From positions 62,001-126,000 of the IMG/VR virus record IMGVR_UViG_3300020477_000990: a DNA stretch of 64,000 nucleotides; one strand, written 5' to 3'. Both the position numbers and the translations under genes were made by a program. Each line of letters begins with the position of its first letter. The stretch's first letter is position 1. The notes beneath the pieces are model-generated. The model did no database searches, had not been told where the DNA came from, and worked only from the letters and a program-made list of their open reading frames with translations. Shown here piece by piece: positions 31,627 to 40,408 of the stretch.

Positions 31627-31898
31627 TGAAAAATATTAAAAAAAATCATTATGTTCAAAAGTTAATAAAAACATTGTGGGCATCAGATAAGAAAAAAGCA
31701 AAACATAAGGTTATTAATATAAACAACTATGAAAGATATTGGGAAGATTCTACACCAACAGGACATCAAATTAGAATTGCTTGTCAAGATGGTTCAACAC
31801 TACATTTGAATTTAAATTGGCCTAAAGGATATAACCCAAGAAATCAAAATGTTGATGCAAAGAGATGGAGGATACACAATGAAAACCAAAGTAGATAA
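31626..31898 (+). CDS. Hypothetical protein
   Basis: ATG at 31626 coupled to the upstream stop. Confidence 0.55.
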   Translation: MKNIKKNHYVQKLIKTLWASDKKKAKHKVININNYERYWEDSTPTGHQIRIACQDGSTLHLNLNWPKGYNPRNQNVDAKRWRIHNENQSR

Positions 31899-32034
31899 TA
31901 ACATATCAGTATATAGTGATTTAGCATACGAGCAAGGCAAGTTAAATGCAGTAATGCAGGCTATAATAGATTTAATGAAAAAGCAAAAAGCATTAGAAGT
32001 TAAAATTGAAAAACTAAAGAAAAAATTAAAATGA
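31879..32034 (+). CDS. Small coiled-coil hypothetical protein
   Basis: GGAGG RBS before ATG 31879. Confidence 0.55.
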   Translation: MKTKVDNNISVYSDLAYEQGKLNAVMQAIIDLMKKQKALEVKIEKLKKKLK

Positions 32035-32237
32035 CAGAATATAGTTCACACGATTGGAGAAAAAATACAGACGATGCAATAGTCGTAGATACTCAATCAA
32101 AAAATGAAATGAAAGTTAATGAAAGTAAAGTTATTTTTAAGCATCCAAAGAGTCTTCAAATAGAAGAAGTTGATGTTTCAAGATTAATTAGAGTATTTGT
32201 AAACAATCAAGAAAGTCATAAGCGGAGTGTCAAGTAA
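32031..32237 (+). CDS. Hypothetical protein
   Basis: ATGA overlap with the previous gene. Confidence 0.6.
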   Translation: MTEYSSHDWRKNTDDAIVVDTQSKNEMKVNESKVIFKHPKSLQIEEVDVSRLIRVFVNNQESHKRSVK

Positions 32238-32368
32238 TGGCAAGGCATAAAAGAAATTGGTTAGAAAGAAAACTAGATGAGTATAACCATACTATGGAAT
32301 TAGTTAGAACAATATTACCATTAATAATTTTGGTAATACAAGTGATAATATTATTAAAGGTATTGTAA
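32237..32368 (+). CDS. 43-aa membrane peptide not in the track (MARHKRNWLERK...ILLKVL)
   Basis: TAATG coupling at both ends; GGAG RBS. Confidence 0.55.
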   Translation: MARHKRNWLERKLDEYNHTMELVRTILPLIILVIQVIILLKVL

Positions 32369-32658
32369 TGCATAAAAAACAAAACTATAAAAAAATTAAA
32401 TTAGATCCACCAGTAGTTAAACACTCTGTGGCATCAGAACATGATCCTAAAGTTTGGCATCTAGAAGAACTTGAAGGAGAAATCCTTGAGTTTGCCAAAT
32501 ACATAAAAAATCATTACAACATAAAGTTTAATGATACAGCAATGGCACACCTAAATAGAATAGGTAAGTCAACAGGTAATCTAAGAATTACATCTGCTTT
32601 AGCAATGGGCAATCTTGAAGACCTTCACAAGTACGATAAAAAGTACGACAATTACTAA
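32368..32658 (+). CDS. Hypothetical protein
   Basis: Coupled ORF. Confidence 0.55.
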   Translation: MHKKQNYKKIKLDPPVVKHSVASEHDPKVWHLEELEGEILEFAKYIKNHYNIKFNDTAMAHLNRIGKSTGNLRITSALAMGNLEDLHKYDKKYDNY

Positions 32659-32659
32659 A

Positions 32660-32956
32660 ATGATAGGCGATAACTATAACAAGGTATTAGCTAATCATAT
32701 CTTCAATAGATTAGAAGAAATACAAACAGATGAGCATAGGATTCTAAATCAACCTAAATTATGGGCATCAGGCTTTCTTTTTACGGTAAATGACATTGAA
32801 AATATCATACAAGAAGTAAATAGTGCTAGTTTTGACGAAAGGGCATTATGGCACGACAAAATAAAACCCACAGAGGGCGACGTAAAGTCGGAAGTAAAAA
32901 AAGAAGAAACAGACGTAGACAAAGAAAGAAAAGAAGATAGTTCATATCTTGACTAA
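32660..32956 (+). CDS. Hypothetical protein
   Basis: ATG 32660 right after the upstream stop. Confidence 0.55.
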   Translation: MIGDNYNKVLANHIFNRLEEIQTDEHRILNQPKLWASGFLFTVNDIENIIQEVNSASFDERALWHDKIKPTEGDVKSEVKKEETDVDKERKEDSSYLD

Positions 32957-32977
32957 TCATATATTTTAAAGTATAAT
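32949..32977 (+). promoter_or_regulatory. Sigma70 promoter of the tmRNA gene, TTGACT-N17-TATAAT
   Basis: Near-consensus boxes. Confidence 0.8.
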
Positions 32978-32983
32978 TACTAT

Positions 32984-33228
32984 TGTAACGTTGAAGTTAT
33001 TGGAATAGATTATACGGACGTCGGGGCAGTACCGACCACCTCCACCAAAATTATACAAGTTTCGGGGGTGAACTAGGATCGACGGTAATTCGAAAGAATA
33101 ATGGAGTTGCCCGGATGTAAGCTCGGTTAACGCGAACACATTTACAAATGCAGATGAAAATCTAGCACTTGCGGCCTAGTTAATAGGCTAACGGGGTTGG
33201 CAAGTACCTGGCAACAGAAACTTGCCGT
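32984..33228 (+). ncRNA. ssrA: Circularly permuted two-piece tmRNA (alphaproteobacterial type), tag ADENLALAA
   Basis: Acceptor piece with T-arm GTCGG-GGCAGTA-CCGAC and CACCTCC-A-CCA (ends 33047); 16-nt intervening segment; coding piece starts GGGGGTGAACTAGGATCGAC (33064); G3.U70 pair; tag ORF 33150-33179; outer ends approximate. Confidence 0.92.
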
Positions 33229-33231
33229 TTA

Positions 33232-34584
33232 ATGTCAAATAAATATATGTATATGGAAACTAAAATAAAAAATAGTAATGTCAGCAGTTTGACTCATTTA
33301 AAAGATATTAGTAAAATTTCAAAAACTTTTTGCGTATATCCATTTACCGTAATGTTTGTTGGATCAGGTGGAACACCTGTTCCTTGTTGTATTAGTGAAC
33401 ATCATAAACATCCAGTAAAAGGAGAAGGATCTACTGAAAAAGGTGAGTTTATTCTTCCTCATAATTCATTAAAAGACTATTGGAATTCAGAAGCAATAAA
33501 CAGATTAAGACAACGATTACTTGAAGGTAAAAAAGATCCAGGGTGTAAACGTTGTTGGGTTGATGAAGCACAAGGGCAATCATCAAAACGTATTAAAGAT
33601 GCAACAAAGATACCTGGAGCAAATTTAGATGAGTTAACTTTAGAGCAATTTAAAGAGCAAGTAATTAAAAGGCCAAAAGTATTATGGATTGATTTACAAA
33701 TGGCAAACTTATGTAATATGGCCTGCCGTATGTGTAATCCATGGAACAGTTCTGAAATTGAAAGAGAATCAGAAAAGCATAAAGAATTAATATCACAAAA
33801 TAAAACATTTAAAGAACTTTGGGTAGAACCTTTACCAGAAGTAAAAAAAACAAAAGATTATTGGAGAGATCCTAAATTTACAAAAGAATTAGAAGAGTTA
33901 ATTCCTACTTTAGAATGTTTAACTGTAAGTGGTGGTGAACCAACAGTCAACAAATACTTTAATGATATTATTGATTTTTGTATTAGAGAAGGCCATGCTA
34001 AAAATTTAATACTTAAATTTAATACTAACGGACAACAAATTAATAGAAAGTATATGGATAAACTAGAGCCATTTAAGTATATTGAAATGAAAGTTAGTAT
34101 TGATGGAACTGGAACAGTTTTTGATTATATACGTCATCTAGGCAAATGGGAAACAGTATCTAAGAATAGAATTATGTTTGAAGAATATAGATCAGAACGA
34201 TTCGATGTTAATAGTGATCCAACATATCAAGTTTTAAATATATTAAATTTACCAGAACTATTACAATGGCATTTAGATAATGATTTAAAAGTTACAAATT
34301 TAAATCCAGTTCATGTTCCAGAATTTTATAATATATCTTGCTTACCAAATCAAATTCGTGAAGTTGCTTATAATAAATTGCATAAATTTCTTACAGACGA
34401 TTTGCATACTACTTTAAAAGAAAGTATTGAAAATGTTTTATTGCATTTACAGGCAGAGGATATTACTTTTCAAAATAGATGGTACCCTAAATTTTTCCAA
34501 CATACTGAAATGCTGGATAAAATGAGAGGCCAATCATTTGAAAAAATGGTTCCAGAATTATATAATTTAACCAAGAATAAATAA
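33232..34584 (+). CDS. N-terminal-twitch radical SAM protein
   Basis: FCVYPF..PCC..CKRC; ANLCNMACRMC; SGGEP; SIDG. Confidence 0.85.
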   Translation: MSNKYMYMETKIKNSNVSSLTHLKDISKISKTFCVYPFTVMFVGSGGTPVPCCISEHHKHPVKGEGSTEKGEFILPHNSLKDYWNSEAINRLRQRLLEGKKDPGCKRCWVDEAQGQSSKRIKDATKIPGANLDELTLEQFKEQVIKRPKVLWIDLQMANLCNMACRMCNPWNSSEIERESEKHKELISQNKTFKELWVEPLPEVKKTKDYWRDPKFTKELEELIPTLECLTVSGGEPTVNKYFNDIIDFCIREGHAKNLILKFNTNGQQINRKYMDKLEPFKYIEMKVSIDGTGTVFDYIRHLGKWETVSKNRIMFEEYRSERFDVNSDPTYQVLNILNLPELLQWHLDNDLKVTNLNPVHVPEFYNISCLPNQIREVAYNKLHKFLTDDLHTTLKESIENVLLHLQAEDITFQNRWYPKFFQHTEMLDKMRGQSFEKMVPELYNLTKNK

Positions 34585-34595
34585 CATTAACCCAA

Positions 34596-34624
34596 TTGAC
34601 AAAAACAGAATAATATGGTACAAT
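34596..34624 (+). promoter_or_regulatory. Sigma70 promoter TTGACA-N17-TACAAT with extended TG
   Basis: Upstream of the lipoprotein gene. Confidence 0.65.
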
Positions 34625-34650
34625 AATAGCATAAAGAAGGATAAAAACAA

Positions 34651-34854
34651 ATGAAAACATTATTAGTTACATTAGCATTGATATTTGCTTTAACTGGTTG
34701 TTCAAGTATTCCTGAAAACCCAAAAATGGCGTTTGGAAAAAAATGTGAAGTTACTCCAGATGGTACAGTAGTTACAAGCCATGTTTGGATATACAATAAA
34801 GAAACAGGACTTACAGCAAATAAAGATGATTGCGAACAATTAGAAAAGAAATAA
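34651..34854 (+). CDS. Small lipoprotein
   Basis: Lipobox LTGC; AAGGA RBS. Confidence 0.75.
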   Translation: MKTLLVTLALIFALTGCSSIPENPKMAFGKKCEVTPDGTVVTSHVWIYNKETGLTANKDDCEQLEKK

Positions 34855-34855
34855 A

Positions 34856-35071
34856 ATGTCGTATGAGTTTGAAGACTATCGCCCTCAAAAGCCAAAACCA
34901 ACTTGGTTACAATGGACACCAAATAGTCCTAGGCGATATCTTCTTATTCAACTTGCATTAAATTTCTTTATTCCTGGGTTTATGGGGGTATCATTAACAA
35001 CACTTGGCCTACTATGTAATGTAATATTAATAGATTGGTTATTATTTGTTCGTGATACAAGTAGAGCTTGA
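34856..35071 (+). CDS. Small membrane protein
   Basis: Two hydrophobic segments. Confidence 0.55.
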   Translation: MSYEFEDYRPQKPKPTWLQWTPNSPRRYLLIQLALNFFIPGFMGVSLTTLGLLCNVILIDWLLFVRDTSRA

Positions 35072-35096
35072 CTCATAATAGGATATATATTATAAT
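35068..35096 (+). promoter_or_regulatory. Sigma70 promoter TTGACT-N17-TATAAT
   Basis: Directly upstream of the DsbA/GapR-like gene. Confidence 0.7.
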
Positions 35097-35114
35097 AAAG
35101 AAAAAGGAGTAAAA

Positions 35115-35372
35115 ATGGCATTAACAATTGGACCAGAAGAAAAGGCAAAGTTAGTGAAGTTGCTCGATGAAGGTACGCAAGTACTACAAGAAGCAGACGA
35201 TTTAAGAGCTGGCTTAAGAGATACAGTAAAACATATTGCACAAGAGCTTGACGTTAAACCAAATGTTTTGAGCAAAGCAATTAAAATAGCACATAAAAGA
35301 AGCTTATCTGAAGAACGTGATATGTTTGAAGATATAGAAGCGATTTTAGATACAGTTAAAAGAGGAAGTTAG
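35115..35372 (+). CDS. dsDNA-binding protein, T4 DsbA/GapR-like
   Basis: Helical pattern LRDTVKHIAQELDVKPNVLSKAIKIAHK..EEERDMFEDIEAI typical of this family; AGGAG RBS. Confidence 0.65.
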   Translation: MALTIGPEEKAKLVKLLDEGTQVLQEADDLRAGLRDTVKHIAQELDVKPNVLSKAIKIAHKRSLSEERDMFEDIEAILDTVKRGS

Positions 35373-35373
35373 T

Positions 35374-35526
35374 ATGTGGAGTCCTTGGCAAGTCCCAACA
35401 GAGCTATCTGAAGAAGAAAGAAAAAAATGGGAAGCTATACCAGTTAAGAAGTTTTGGACTATTATGGCAATCATAATAGTTACTATGGCTTTACTTGGTA
35501 TAGTACTAGGATTTTTTATTGCATGA
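35374..35526 (+). CDS. 50-aa membrane peptide not in the track (MWSPWQVPTELSEEERKKWEAIPVKKFWTIMAIIIV...)
   Basis: Fills the gap; ATGA overlap with the next gene. Confidence 0.55.
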   Translation: MWSPWQVPTELSEEERKKWEAIPVKKFWTIMAIIIVTMALLGIVLGFFIA

Positions 35527-35834
35527 TATACATAATTGACATTGATGGAACTATTTGTAAAGAAGTATTTTTACCAAATGGTAAAAAGGATTATAAAAAT
35601 CATGAACCTATGAAAGACAGAATAGAAAAAGTAAATAAAATGTTTGACGAAGGCCATGAAATACATTATTGGACAGCACGTGGTGCCGTTAGTGGTGTAG
35701 ACTATACAGAGTTAACTACAAAACAATTAGACAGTTGGGGATGTAAATATACAAGTGTAAGAGTTGGCGGCAAACCACACTATGATATATGGGTAGATGA
35801 TAAAGCTCATAACTCAGAGGAGTTTTTTAAGTAA
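35523..35834 (+). CDS. Small HAD-family phosphatase
   Basis: DIDGTIC, YWTARG, GGKPHYDIWVDDK; ATG 35523 preferred. Confidence 0.8.
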   Translation: MIYIIDIDGTICKEVFLPNGKKDYKNHEPMKDRIEKVNKMFDEGHEIHYWTARGAVSGVDYTELTTKQLDSWGCKYTSVRVGGKPHYDIWVDDKAHNSEEFFK

Positions 35835-36412
35835 TGGATACAAATTTTTATAAAGACCCTGATATTAAATTTGATATTGCTAAATTACAATCAGCATTGA
35901 AAGAAGTTGACTCAAGAGTAGCAAGACAATCTCCACTGGGTGAAAGAGATATTAATGCAATTTGCTTAACACAAATACCAGGAGATCCTAATTCAATAAC
36001 AGGTGGTAATGTTAGAGGATTATTTTGGACTAAACCAGATAGTACTTATGAAGAAGTTCAAAGAGAAGCCCCAATCGATGAATCACAATATTCAGAATTT
36101 GTAAAACTATTTGAAGATACTTATTTTAAAGATGTGTATGATGCATTAACAAAAAAATATACATTAGGAAGAATTAGATTGCTTTGGAAATTGCCACGTA
36201 CTACATTAAGTTGGCATAGAGATCCAGAGCCAAGACTACACATACCTATAATTACAAACTATGGTGCTCGTATGTGTATTGATACAGAAGTACGTCATAT
36301 GCCAGCAGATGGATCTGTTTGGATAACTGACAATACAAAATACCATAATGCATTCAATGGTGGAGAAGAAGATAGAGTTCATTTAGTAGCAACGGTAATT
36401 AATCAACAATAG
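35834..36412 (+). CDS. Asp/Asn beta-hydroxylase-like Fe/2OG oxygenase
   Basis: LSWHRDPEPRLHIPI, HNAFNGG..DRVHLV. Confidence 0.8.
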   Translation: MDTNFYKDPDIKFDIAKLQSALKEVDSRVARQSPLGERDINAICLTQIPGDPNSITGGNVRGLFWTKPDSTYEEVQREAPIDESQYSEFVKLFEDTYFKDVYDALTKKYTLGRIRLLWKLPRTTLSWHRDPEPRLHIPIITNYGARMCIDTEVRHMPADGSVWITDNTKYHNAFNGGEEDRVHLVATVINQQ

Positions 36413-36422
36413 GAAATTTTTT

Positions 36423-36911
36423 ATGAAAGATTGGTTGTTAAGGCAATTTGAATGGCTGAAGAAAGTTGAACTTATCGAACTAGATCATATAGATCCTTCT
36501 GAAGATCCAGTTAGACCAGAATTAGATAATTGGTTTAGACAGCAATACGGTAGAAAAATTTATGGCCTTAAAGATGGCGATGAAATAGTAGCCGTAATGT
36601 GCTTTGCATTTACAAATGAAGTACCAGCAGATATAAAAGAATTAGACGACTTTAGTAAAGATGCTTTTACCCAAGCTATACACAGAGCAGGGCAACAAGG
36701 ATCTATAGCTATTGCTTATACCGTTTGGTCTAAGAAAAAAGGCGGTGGCAAAAAAATTGTACATGAAGTTTATAAAATGATTAAAAAATCTAATCACTTA
36801 CATCGACTAGTTACCTTATCACCTATGACTGATATGGCTAGGAAGTTCCATTTAAAAAATGGAGCAAAAGAATTAAGAGTCAATAAAACGACTATTAATT
36901 ACGAGTACTAA
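36423..36911 (+). CDS. GNAT-like hypothetical protein
   Basis: AYTVWSKKKGGGKK..., VTLSPMT..A..FH.KNG. Confidence 0.45.
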   Translation: MKDWLLRQFEWLKKVELIELDHIDPSEDPVRPELDNWFRQQYGRKIYGLKDGDEIVAVMCFAFTNEVPADIKELDDFSKDAFTQAIHRAGQQGSIAIAYTVWSKKKGGGKKIVHEVYKMIKKSNHLHRLVTLSPMTDMARKFHLKNGAKELRVNKTTINYEY

Positions 36912-36914
36912 TAT

Positions 36915-36991
36915 GGCAGAGTAGCTCAGTTGGTTAGAGCGCCGGACTCATAAGCCGGAGGTCGCTGGTTCGATCCCAGCCTCTGCTACCA
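36915..36991 (+). tRNA. tRNA-Met(CAT), probably elongator
   Basis: Full cloverleaf, loop CTCATAA, encoded CCA; G1 paired, so not fMet; Ile2 not excluded. Confidence 0.9.
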
Positions 36992-37006
36992 AAAATAAAT
37001 AACAGT

Positions 37007-38062
37007 ATGATACATATTATCGGTGGCGGTATTATCGGTTTAAGTACGGCTTATCAATTAAGTAAGCATTGTGACGTCACGGTTTACGAAAAGGATAATA
37101 GTTTCAGTTTAAGTAGTTTTGCTAGAAGTTGTGGCGGCTTTAGAAGTCAGTTTTATACACCTACAAATATTGATATGAGTAGATATAGTATAGATTTTAT
37201 AAAGAATCATACTGACGTAGAGTTTACAAGCAATGGTTATTTAATGTTGTTTGGTAATAATCAAAAAGAAGATCATGATGCTAGTATTGAAACACAAAAG
37301 GCACACGGTGCTACGACTATAAGTTTAACGCCTAGTCAAATTAAAGATAAGTTTCCACAAATATATGTAGATGATTTATACAGAGGTTGTATTACTACTG
37401 ATGATTCTGAAGGATGGCTTGACCCTGTAACTTTACACAAATGGTTTAAAGATCAAGCACAGGCAAATGGTGTTAAAATTATATACAAAGATGGATTAGA
37501 AGTTGATCATAGTTCAGCAGATAAAATTATTATAACCTGTGGGTGTTGGACTAATGATGTAGCTAAACATTTTAATATAAATGTTCCTGTTAAAGGACAT
37601 AAGCATACAGTCTTTAATGTATCTACACAAATAGAGCAAATAAAACATTTACCATTAGTTGCAGATTTAATAACCGGAATTTATATACGTCCAGAAGGTA
37701 ATGATTATATTGTTGGGTATGATGGTAATGCAGAATGGGATAGTGATAATTTAGATCCTAATTATAATAGTTGGGACAAAGTATGGGAGTACTTATATCA
37801 TAGATTTCCAACTGTATTTGATGCCGCGAAAATGGAAGGTGCGTGGGCTGGATATTATGATACATCAACTATTGATAATAATGCAATTATAGATAATGTG
37901 GATAACATTTATTTTGCTACAGGATTTACAGGTAGAGGCCTTATGCATAGTCCAGCAGTTGGATTAACTCTAACAGAAATGATACTTGATAAGCAATTGA
38001 CTTTTGACGTAGAATCTTATAAACTACAACGTAACCCAAACATTGAAAAATATGTTATTTAA
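37007..38062 (+). CDS. FAD-dependent oxidoreductase (DAO/sarcosine-oxidase-beta-like)
   Basis: IIGGGIIGLS, WAGYYD, ATGFTGRGLMHSPAVG. Confidence 0.88.
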   Translation: MIHIIGGGIIGLSTAYQLSKHCDVTVYEKDNSFSLSSFARSCGGFRSQFYTPTNIDMSRYSIDFIKNHTDVEFTSNGYLMLFGNNQKEDHDASIETQKAHGATTISLTPSQIKDKFPQIYVDDLYRGCITTDDSEGWLDPVTLHKWFKDQAQANGVKIIYKDGLEVDHSSADKIIITCGCWTNDVAKHFNINVPVKGHKHTVFNVSTQIEQIKHLPLVADLITGIYIRPEGNDYIVGYDGNAEWDSDNLDPNYNSWDKVWEYLYHRFPTVFDAAKMEGAWAGYYDTSTIDNNAIIDNVDNIYFATGFTGRGLMHSPAVGLTLTEMILDKQLTFDVESYKLQRNPNIEKYVI

Positions 38063-38064
38063 TT

Positions 38065-38141
38065 CTGCCCGTAGCTCAGTTGGATAGAGCGTCAGTTTGC
38101 GGAACTGAAGGTCGGAAGTTCGACTCTTCCCGGGCAGGCCA
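38065..38141 (+). tRNA. tRNA-Arg(GCG)
   Basis: CTGCCCG/CGGGCAG acceptor; TCAGT-TTGCGGA-ACTGA anticodon arm; A20; encoded CCA. Confidence 0.88.
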
Positions 38142-38142
38142 T

Positions 38143-38216
38143 TGGAGCATAGCCAAGCGGTAAGGCATCGGTTTTTGGTACCGACATCCTAGGTTCGAAT
38201 CCTAGTGCTCCAGCCA
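38143..38216 (+). tRNA. tRNA-Gln(TTG)
   Basis: TGGAGCA/TGCTCCA acceptor; loop TTTTGGT; AGCCAAGCGGTAAGGC D-arm; CCA. Confidence 0.92.
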
Positions 38217-38321
38217 ATATCATAAGTTGTAAAAATTTAATATTTCTGTAACATTTCTTCTTGATTTTTTTCATAAGTATCTATATAATAAAAACTTAAC
38301 TAACACAGAGAGTGAATTAAT

Positions 38322-39290
38322 ATGTTTGAAACTTTTACGTTATGGATGTTCTTAGGTTTCATGTTTGCGGCGTATTCAGTTGTTGCAAATGATAGTGTGC
38401 AAACCCTCGGCACATGGATGGCATCTAATCAAAATAAATTTAAATGGTATTACCTATGGGCGGCCGCAACAATTGTGTTATGGTTTACTATATGGTGGGG
38501 GTGGAATATTAATGATGGCGATATTACTTATGGACGATTAAATAAAATCCCATTTCAAGAAATACAATGGTATCATGCCTGTGCTCCATTAATATTATTG
38601 TTATTAACTAGAGTAGGTATTCCTGTATCTACAAGTTTTTTAGTTTTATCAGCATTCGCTAGTACGTTTGTATTAGAAAAGATGCTTGTTAAATCTATTA
38701 TAGGTTATGCACTTGCGGCAATAGTTGCTTATGCGGCATGGAATATAATAGAAAGAATAATAGACGAAAAGAAAAATAAAATATCAGACCAAAGAGTTGC
38801 AAGACGTTGGCGAATAGCTCAATGGTGTAGTACTGCCTTCTTATGGTATACTTGGCTATCACATGATATGGCAAACATCGCAGTCTTCTTACCAAGAAGT
38901 GTTCCTATGGAATGGATGTTTATTATATCAATTGTGTTTGCCTCTTTCTTAGGATATACATTTTATGAACGAGGTGGTAAGATACAAAAGATTGTAATAG
39001 AGAAAACAGGTACAAGGTTTGTTAGATCTGCTACACTAATTGATTTGGTTTATGCTTTTATACTATTGTTCTTTAAACAATACAATGATATACCAATGAG
39101 TACAACGTGGGTGTTTGTAGGATTGTTATGTGGTAGAGAACTTGCAATATCAACACTAATGAAAGATTATAAATTTAAGTATGTCTTTCCGATTATTGCT
39201 AAAGACTTCTTAAAGATGTTATTAGGATTAACTGTATCAGTAGGTATTGTACTAGCTATTCATTATGTAATAGTACCAAACGGGTTTTAG
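38322..39290 (+). CDS. Multi-pass membrane protein, distantly PiT-permease-like
   Basis: ANDSVQTLGT, GIPVSTS, HDMANIA, IPMSTTWVFVG resemble the two PiT signature repeats. Confidence 0.55.
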   Translation: MFETFTLWMFLGFMFAAYSVVANDSVQTLGTWMASNQNKFKWYYLWAAATIVLWFTIWWGWNINDGDITYGRLNKIPFQEIQWYHACAPLILLLLTRVGIPVSTSFLVLSAFASTFVLEKMLVKSIIGYALAAIVAYAAWNIIERIIDEKKNKISDQRVARRWRIAQWCSTAFLWYTWLSHDMANIAVFLPRSVPMEWMFIISIVFASFLGYTFYERGGKIQKIVIEKTGTRFVRSATLIDLVYAFILLFFKQYNDIPMSTTWVFVGLLCGRELAISTLMKDYKFKYVFPIIAKDFLKMLLGLTVSVGIVLAIHYVIVPNGF

Positions 39291-39294
39291 TTGG

Positions 39295-39332
39295 TTGACA
39301 AATAACTAAAATATGCTATAATTGTATAAATA
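39295..39332 (+). promoter_or_regulatory. Composite promoter: TTGACA-N16-TATAAT (extended TG) plus TATAAATA late box
   Basis: Boxes at 39295-300, 39317-22 and 39325-32. Confidence 0.65.
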
Positions 39333-39340
39333 AAAGAAAG

Positions 39341-39369
39341 TTTTGCTCTTAGGTGAGCAAAATTTTTTT
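39341..39369 (+). terminator. Intrinsic-terminator-like hairpin in a gene leader
   Basis: TTTTGCTC-TTAGGT-GAGCAAAA followed by T7. Confidence 0.6.
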
Positions 39370-39400
39370 GACTGATGGAAAAAAGAAAAGAGGATATAAT

Positions 39401-40225
39401 ATGACACAATTAATAAATCCAAGTAAATTTACAGATGTTTCGGGCCGTTTACGGTCCTTTTTTTTGGCTAAAGGTTTTCAAGAAGTTCATACACAGAATA
39501 GATTAAGTATATTGGCGGCTTGTGAAGACCCTGGTACGGTATCAACCTATAACTATGCCGGGCAAGTCTGGCCCTTACCACAAACGGGCCAAATGTGGCT
39601 CGAATATGAATTACTTACAAAGCCAGCTACGCCTGGCTTTTTTTGTGTCTCCACTTCCTATAGGCAAGAACCAAATCCTATAGATGGTAGACATGATTTA
39701 ATATTTCCAATGTTTGAGTTTGAGTTCCCTGGAACAATTAAAGACTTAGAAGTAATGGAAAAGGAATTAGTAGAATATATGGGGTATTGTAAACAAGAAG
39801 ATGTAGTTGCTAAAGATTACATTGATTGGGCTAAAGAGTTTAATACAAATGAATTAGGACATGATCACGAAGAACAAATGTGTGAAGGCAATAAAATATG
39901 TATGATACAAAACTTTCCAAATTATACATCACCGTTTTGGAATATGAAACAAAATGGAGATGGAACAGCGGCTAAAATAGATGTTATTATAGCAGGTCAA
40001 GAAACAATAGGTTCAGCTGAAAGATCAACTGATAAAGCAGAGATGAGAGATATGTTTAATACAATTAGTGAAGGAATGTATGCTGATTTATTGTTTGGTA
40101 AGTTTGGTAAAGATAGAGTAAACAAAGAACTAGATGAATTTTTAAGTTATGACTTTATGCCTAGAGTAGGTGGCGGAATAGGATTAACTAGATTAATTCG
40201 TGCTGATAGTATAATTAATGGTTGA
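39401..40225 (+). CDS. Class II (Asp/Asn/Lys) aminoacyl-tRNA-synthetase catalytic-domain paralog
   Basis: SYRQE..RH..FPMFEFE (motif 2), ETIGSAER, GGGIGLTRL (motif 3); no anticodon-binding domain. Confidence 0.8.
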   Translation: MTQLINPSKFTDVSGRLRSFFLAKGFQEVHTQNRLSILAACEDPGTVSTYNYAGQVWPLPQTGQMWLEYELLTKPATPGFFCVSTSYRQEPNPIDGRHDLIFPMFEFEFPGTIKDLEVMEKELVEYMGYCKQEDVVAKDYIDWAKEFNTNELGHDHEEQMCEGNKICMIQNFPNYTSPFWNMKQNGDGTAAKIDVIIAGQETIGSAERSTDKAEMRDMFNTISEGMYADLLFGKFGKDRVNKELDEFLSYDFMPRVGGGIGLTRLIRADSIING

Positions 40226-40257
40226 CAGGAAAGTTGACCTATATTATTATAATAGGT

Positions 40258-40344
40258 GCGGTCTTGGTGGAATTGGTAGACACGTTAGATTTAAAATTTA
40301 ATGTCCATTAGGACTTGGGGGTTCAAGTCCCTCAGACCGTACCA
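40258..40344 (+). tRNA. tRNA-Leu(TAA)
   Basis: GGTGGAATTGGTAGACAC D-arm, loop TTTAAAA, long variable arm, A73, CCA; TTGACA-N17-TATTAT upstream. Confidence 0.9.
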
Positions 40345-40408
40345 TAAGGGGTTAATTTAGGAAGGGTGGTGCCTAAACACCGCCCGCCCCTACATCATAA
40401 ATACTTGT

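Noticed and set aside
38092-38274. ORF ending ...MACPGRVELPTFSSAN
   Set aside because: Antisense translation of the Arg and Gln tRNA genes
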